Origin: Eutreptiella sp. 'Long Island Sound 2002'
Taxonomy: Eukaryota; Protista; Euglenida
Direction of reading: 5' to 3'
Length of the DNA stretch: 64,000 nucleotides
Assembly (NCBI GenBank): GCA_964036045.1
Contig: OZ038378.1
Span: forward strand, 176,266,001-176,330,000
Shown here piece after piece: positions 60,348 through 64,000 of the stretch. A program made the translations under genes and the position numbers. Position 1 is the first letter of the stretch; each line of letters starts with the position of its first letter. Below the pieces are notes generated by a model. It had not been told where the DNA came from and did not search any database. It saw nothing but the letters and a program-made list of their open reading frames with translations.

Positions 60348-61305
60348 GTCCACTGTATGCCGCAGCAGTGGCAGGCGTTCGGGCGCCTGCAGCACCTCCC
60401 GGCCGAGGAAAGACCCGGGAACCCGGTAGGCACCTGACCCCAGAGTTCTGCTTACAGAGTTCACAACTTAGCGTCTCCTGGGGTTGGGGGGTCTAACACC
60501 CCCCCCCCCCTCCTTCAGACCCGGATTTCATAGTGGGAGAGAATGACATTTTACGAAGGGAAATATTGATTTGGCTGTTTTTGGTACACAAACTTTGGGA
60601 CTTTTGGGTCCCAGGGGAAGTCGGGTTTTCAACGGGGGGGGGGGGGGGGCAGTAGAGCCCCCCAAAACGGGGTGGGGGGGGGGGTTGGGAAAAGGGCTTA
60701 ATTGACACGACCATTAATCAGTGATTATGAAGTCTGGCGCCGAAGGCACCGAAAATTCTATTGCCTTCGGCAAGTCCACCTCGCAGACAATCTACTTTGA
60801 GCAATTCACACTCAAGTGATGAGCCGGTGATGGGGATCACCTCCTGTTATGAAAATTAGATAGCCCAAATATGTACAAACTTGCCTTGTTTTATTATGAG
60901 CATCCATTTATACATTATACTATACGGATACGGACCATTGCCATCAATGATACTCCAGACTCCCTACAACTGCAAATGTGCAACTGTGCTCGCTCTTCTC
61001 GCCAACGGATGCAATTACATGTGACCGGACACTGCACTGTTTTTGCTCCTTCCTGGGGGCGGGGGGAGGCTGAAGGACCTGCCAAGAGAAAGAATTGTGG
61101 GCTGGGGTGGTTGGAGATTACCGTGCAAACTTGAACATTTTGCCCAAATATTTAATTACAGGGTGTTTTTTTCTGATCGCAAAAAAAAAAAAAGAAACGC
61201 ATAATTTCTTAATTCTTCTGGCATTCTAGACAAAGGATTTCGCAAAAAAAAATAGGTTAACTCAATAAATAATCCGGTGGACCACTGCAAGGCAGGTGAT
61301 AAACA

Positions 61306-61380
61306 TGGTCCCTGCAGGATTGGAACCAGCAATCTTCAATTTGCCAGGACAGTACACTGACCACTAGGATATTGCCTGTG
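61306..61380 (-). pseudogene. Degenerate tRNA-like sequence
   Basis: Minus strand tcctagtggtcag..ggcaaattgaagattgctggttccaatcctgcagggacca has A-box and B-box-like motifs and ends in CCA; stems are imperfect. Confidence 0.3.
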
Positions 61381-63266
61381 CCTGACATAACAGTGCTCAA
61401 GGACCAGAGACAAACTGAGGGGTAATTTTTTTTCCAAACAGCAGGAGTGAGCATACATTATCAAACGCAAAATGGCAGTTGGACAAAAATTCGCAAAAAA
61501 AATAAATTTATTTCAGGTGCTCGATACACAGATTTCGGCTCGCAAATTCAAAGTAATCGTAAAAAAGAATTTAGGGCTGTTCAGTGGCAAAAACAAAAAT
61601 TTTGCAAAACATCAATTGTTTTTATTTTCGCAAAATATTCATGTTTTAAAGATATTCAAGTTGCACGGTATTGTGTTGCCTACGTTCTGTGCGTATCCTG
61701 GCAAGGCAATTTAAATCGAAGTAAGAACCTTAGCAAACAACAATGGCTACAAAGCAACCTCTGGAAGCGGTGACAAAAGTCATTTATTCGGGGGAAAATG
61801 CCATCTGCACCAAAAGGAATGTACGCTGCGCTGTGTCATGCATCATGCTTGTGCTTCTCGGGCCCACGTTGCTTGGTTGTGGTCGGGGACTGACCTTTGC
61901 AGCTGATTGGGACGCAGCATTGAGCCTCCAAATATGTGCCGATGCGAGGCAGTCCTATGCCAGCGGTACTACACACATCAGAGCGTGTAATGTCGTGTTG
62001 TAGGAACACGCTATTACAAAGCATGATATTGTGTCATGATATTTGTGGGCGATCCGGTTGCCTTCCCAGATAGCACTCCGAAATGGTACCTGCCGAAGAA
62101 GGCCATACTGTCCCTCTCTGTGGGGCGTTCCGCTTGTATCACATGGTACGGCATGAAACTGGATCTAAATCCAGCATGTGTCGCGGTACCAGAACAGTGG
62201 AGCCAGACATGCCACTGATGTCTGGCAGGGGAATGGAGTTCGTTGGGAGTCCGCCCCGTGCCATGTGGCTTGGGAAACATCCGCTCTTTTGGCGCCCAGA
62301 ACTCAGTCGGAACCGCTGCGTCCAATGCATCACTCGGTAAGACCCAGCGCAATGCGACCCTGTCTGATCTGTCGGCCGCTGGTGCCAGCCCTCTTCACCT
62401 TCCCGCCCTGTTTTGACCATCGCAGAGCCTGATATCTTATCGGGGATCTGTGCGCTGGCCCCCGGTGTTGGCGCATCAGCCAGCGACGGGAAAGGGCCGG
62501 GCTGGTCAGACTGCCTGGGTCACCTTCTACCCCCCGAGTCCCTTGGGGAGAGCGGCTGCAGTTGTGTGGGGGGGGTGAAGGGTGATCCCCTTCGCGGTGG
62601 CCGTGCCACCCGGGGTCCGGCGAGGGGGGCCATCTGGGGAGGGGTGGGGGGGAATTTGGGGGGGCGCTCACGGCCAGTCCGGGTACTGTAGGTCGGCTGC
62701 TTTTGAGTTGCGATGTTGCGTCACCGGTCCGCCGTCGTCGGCACTGCCCTCCCAGCGCCAGCAGCCAATCGGCGGCGCAACCCGCGGGGGGTGGACCCAA
62801 CATCGCCCACCTCAGCGCCGTCCCCGGGCACAAACACACAAACCTCTCAGTCCTGATGGACAGTCCTGGAGCACAGTGCGGTCCGCCGAAGGAAGTTCCA
62901 AGGGTGTTGGACGTGCCAGTTTCCCCATGCCCCCGCCGTGTCCCGCGCGGGGCCCCCACCGACGCCGATTGCAGGTCCGGGGGTACCGGGGGCTGGGGGT
63001 TTGGTTTGTGTTGGCGGTCAGGACCGCGCCGCGCACACCCCCAGCGCGAGCACTGGCTCAACCGTCGTGCCATGAACGAGTGGTTGCGAGCGGCGCGAGC
63101 AGATCCCCGTTTACGACATTGCGTTGCCATCAGAATCCGTTGGTGTTGCGTTGTCCGGCCTGGACCAACGGCGTCGAGAGCAGAGCGAAGCACCGACGAG
63201 TTGAGCTTGCGATTTGAGGGTATTGCCGTACACGTTCTCACAGGCGTTGCTCTCTCAGGTGGCAGA

Positions 63267-63683
63267 ATGCTCTTGCGCGCCTTTGTTCTGGCGCTGCAAT
63301 GGGCTAGCCTGACCCACAGCGCAGCAAGCGTCACCGCCACGCTGACCTCGACGGCCACGCTCGTGCCCGTGTGTCGAGCCACCGAGTGCGGGGCCGCGGA
63401 GCTTACGATGGCCGACTGCCACAAGATCCAGATCGAAACGCAAAGGTACGGCATTGGCGACCATTGCGGCTGGCAGGTCTGGGCCCCGGGGGACGCGAGG
63501 CACAAGCGGTGGAGGATCACCGTCGTCCGGGCGCACACACAGCACTGCTACGACCACTTGACGTTGTGGGACTCAGTGGCTGCGGAGTACATCGCGAATC
63601 CGGTGTCCGGCGGCCCACACTTCTGCGGGCTGAAGCTGCCCAACACGCGGCAGTTCGAGCCTGTGCTCAGTGAGGGCCCTCAG
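63267..63683 (+). CDS. First exon of a secreted CUB-domain protein
   Basis: Signal-like MLLRAFVLALQWASLTHSAA, then CGAAEL..YGIGDHCGWQVWAP..ITV..HCYDHLTLWD..FCGLKLP (CUB Cys/Trp pattern); candidate donors at 63670 (gtgagg) and 63684 (gtattg). Confidence 0.7.
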
Positions 63684-63959
63684 GTATTGCGGCGCCCCAG
63701 TGCCCCCACCCTGGCACCGGCACTGTCTGCTGCACCGTCTGGGCCACTGTCAGGCAGCACCTCGCATCGCTCATGGTGGGAGGAACCCTCCGAACTCAGG
63801 GAGCAGGGCACGTGGTGCCAGGGACGGGATGGGGAATGGCAAACACACAAGCAGATGGGGGGGGGGGGGGGACACGGAAAAACAGAGAGGCAGGTTGTGG
63901 ACGGCCTGAGGACGGAGGTGTGTGGACAGCAAAAACAGTCAAACGACCCCCACAACAAC

Positions 63960-63995
63960 CAGCACAACCCCAATACGCCAACTACTGGGCGCCGC
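63960..63995 (+). repeat. Interspersed repeat segment shared with 1577-1612
   Basis: Near-identical 36-mer; runs to the window edge. Confidence 0.7.
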
Positions 63996-64000
63996 TGATG

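Noticed and set aside
61743-62432. Signal-peptide-like and Cys-rich short ORFs
   Set aside because: Fragmented across frames with no identifiable domain.
62703-63266. 5' extension of the 431-aa ORF
   Set aside because: Low-complexity GC-rich read-through ahead of the signal peptide ATG at 63267.

Overview
Repeat-dense eukaryotic DNA; the organism cannot be named from the sequence, and a euglenozoan/protist source is only an inference. Probably intact genes: four 3' exons of splicing factor CWC22 (5238-10275, GT-AG introns), an intronless catechol O-methyltransferase-like gene (19071-19985), a PPR-like internal exon (60141-60347) and the first exon of a secreted CUB-domain protein (63267-63683). 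Damaged carbohydrate genes: a GT2-like pseudogene (about 24940-26654), a UDP-glucuronate 4-epimerase-like ORF lacking its catalytic Tyr (39612-40898) and a 5'-truncated glycosyltransferase (51190-51669). The dominant structure is a double fold-back, U-A-S1-A'-B'-S2-B-D: arms of 8.3/8.9 kb (31508-39824, 40876-49775) around the epimerase body, fused with 1 bp overlap to 1.4 kb arms (49775-51189, 51508-52923) around the glycosyltransferase body. The arms differ by SNPs, indels and about one satellite higher-order unit. Three RNase H-bearing non-LTR retroelement families are present. One sits in a satellite with a 13-bp TSD and (ATCCC)3 tail; another appears to have inserted twice into the same 13-bp target. 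Also present: an 80-85 bp satellite with a 14-bp palindromic core, a 48-bp TTAGGG-containing satellite with a 432-bp higher-order repeat, a P-element-like transposase relic and two tRNA-like relics. No CRISPR array or rRNA was seen.
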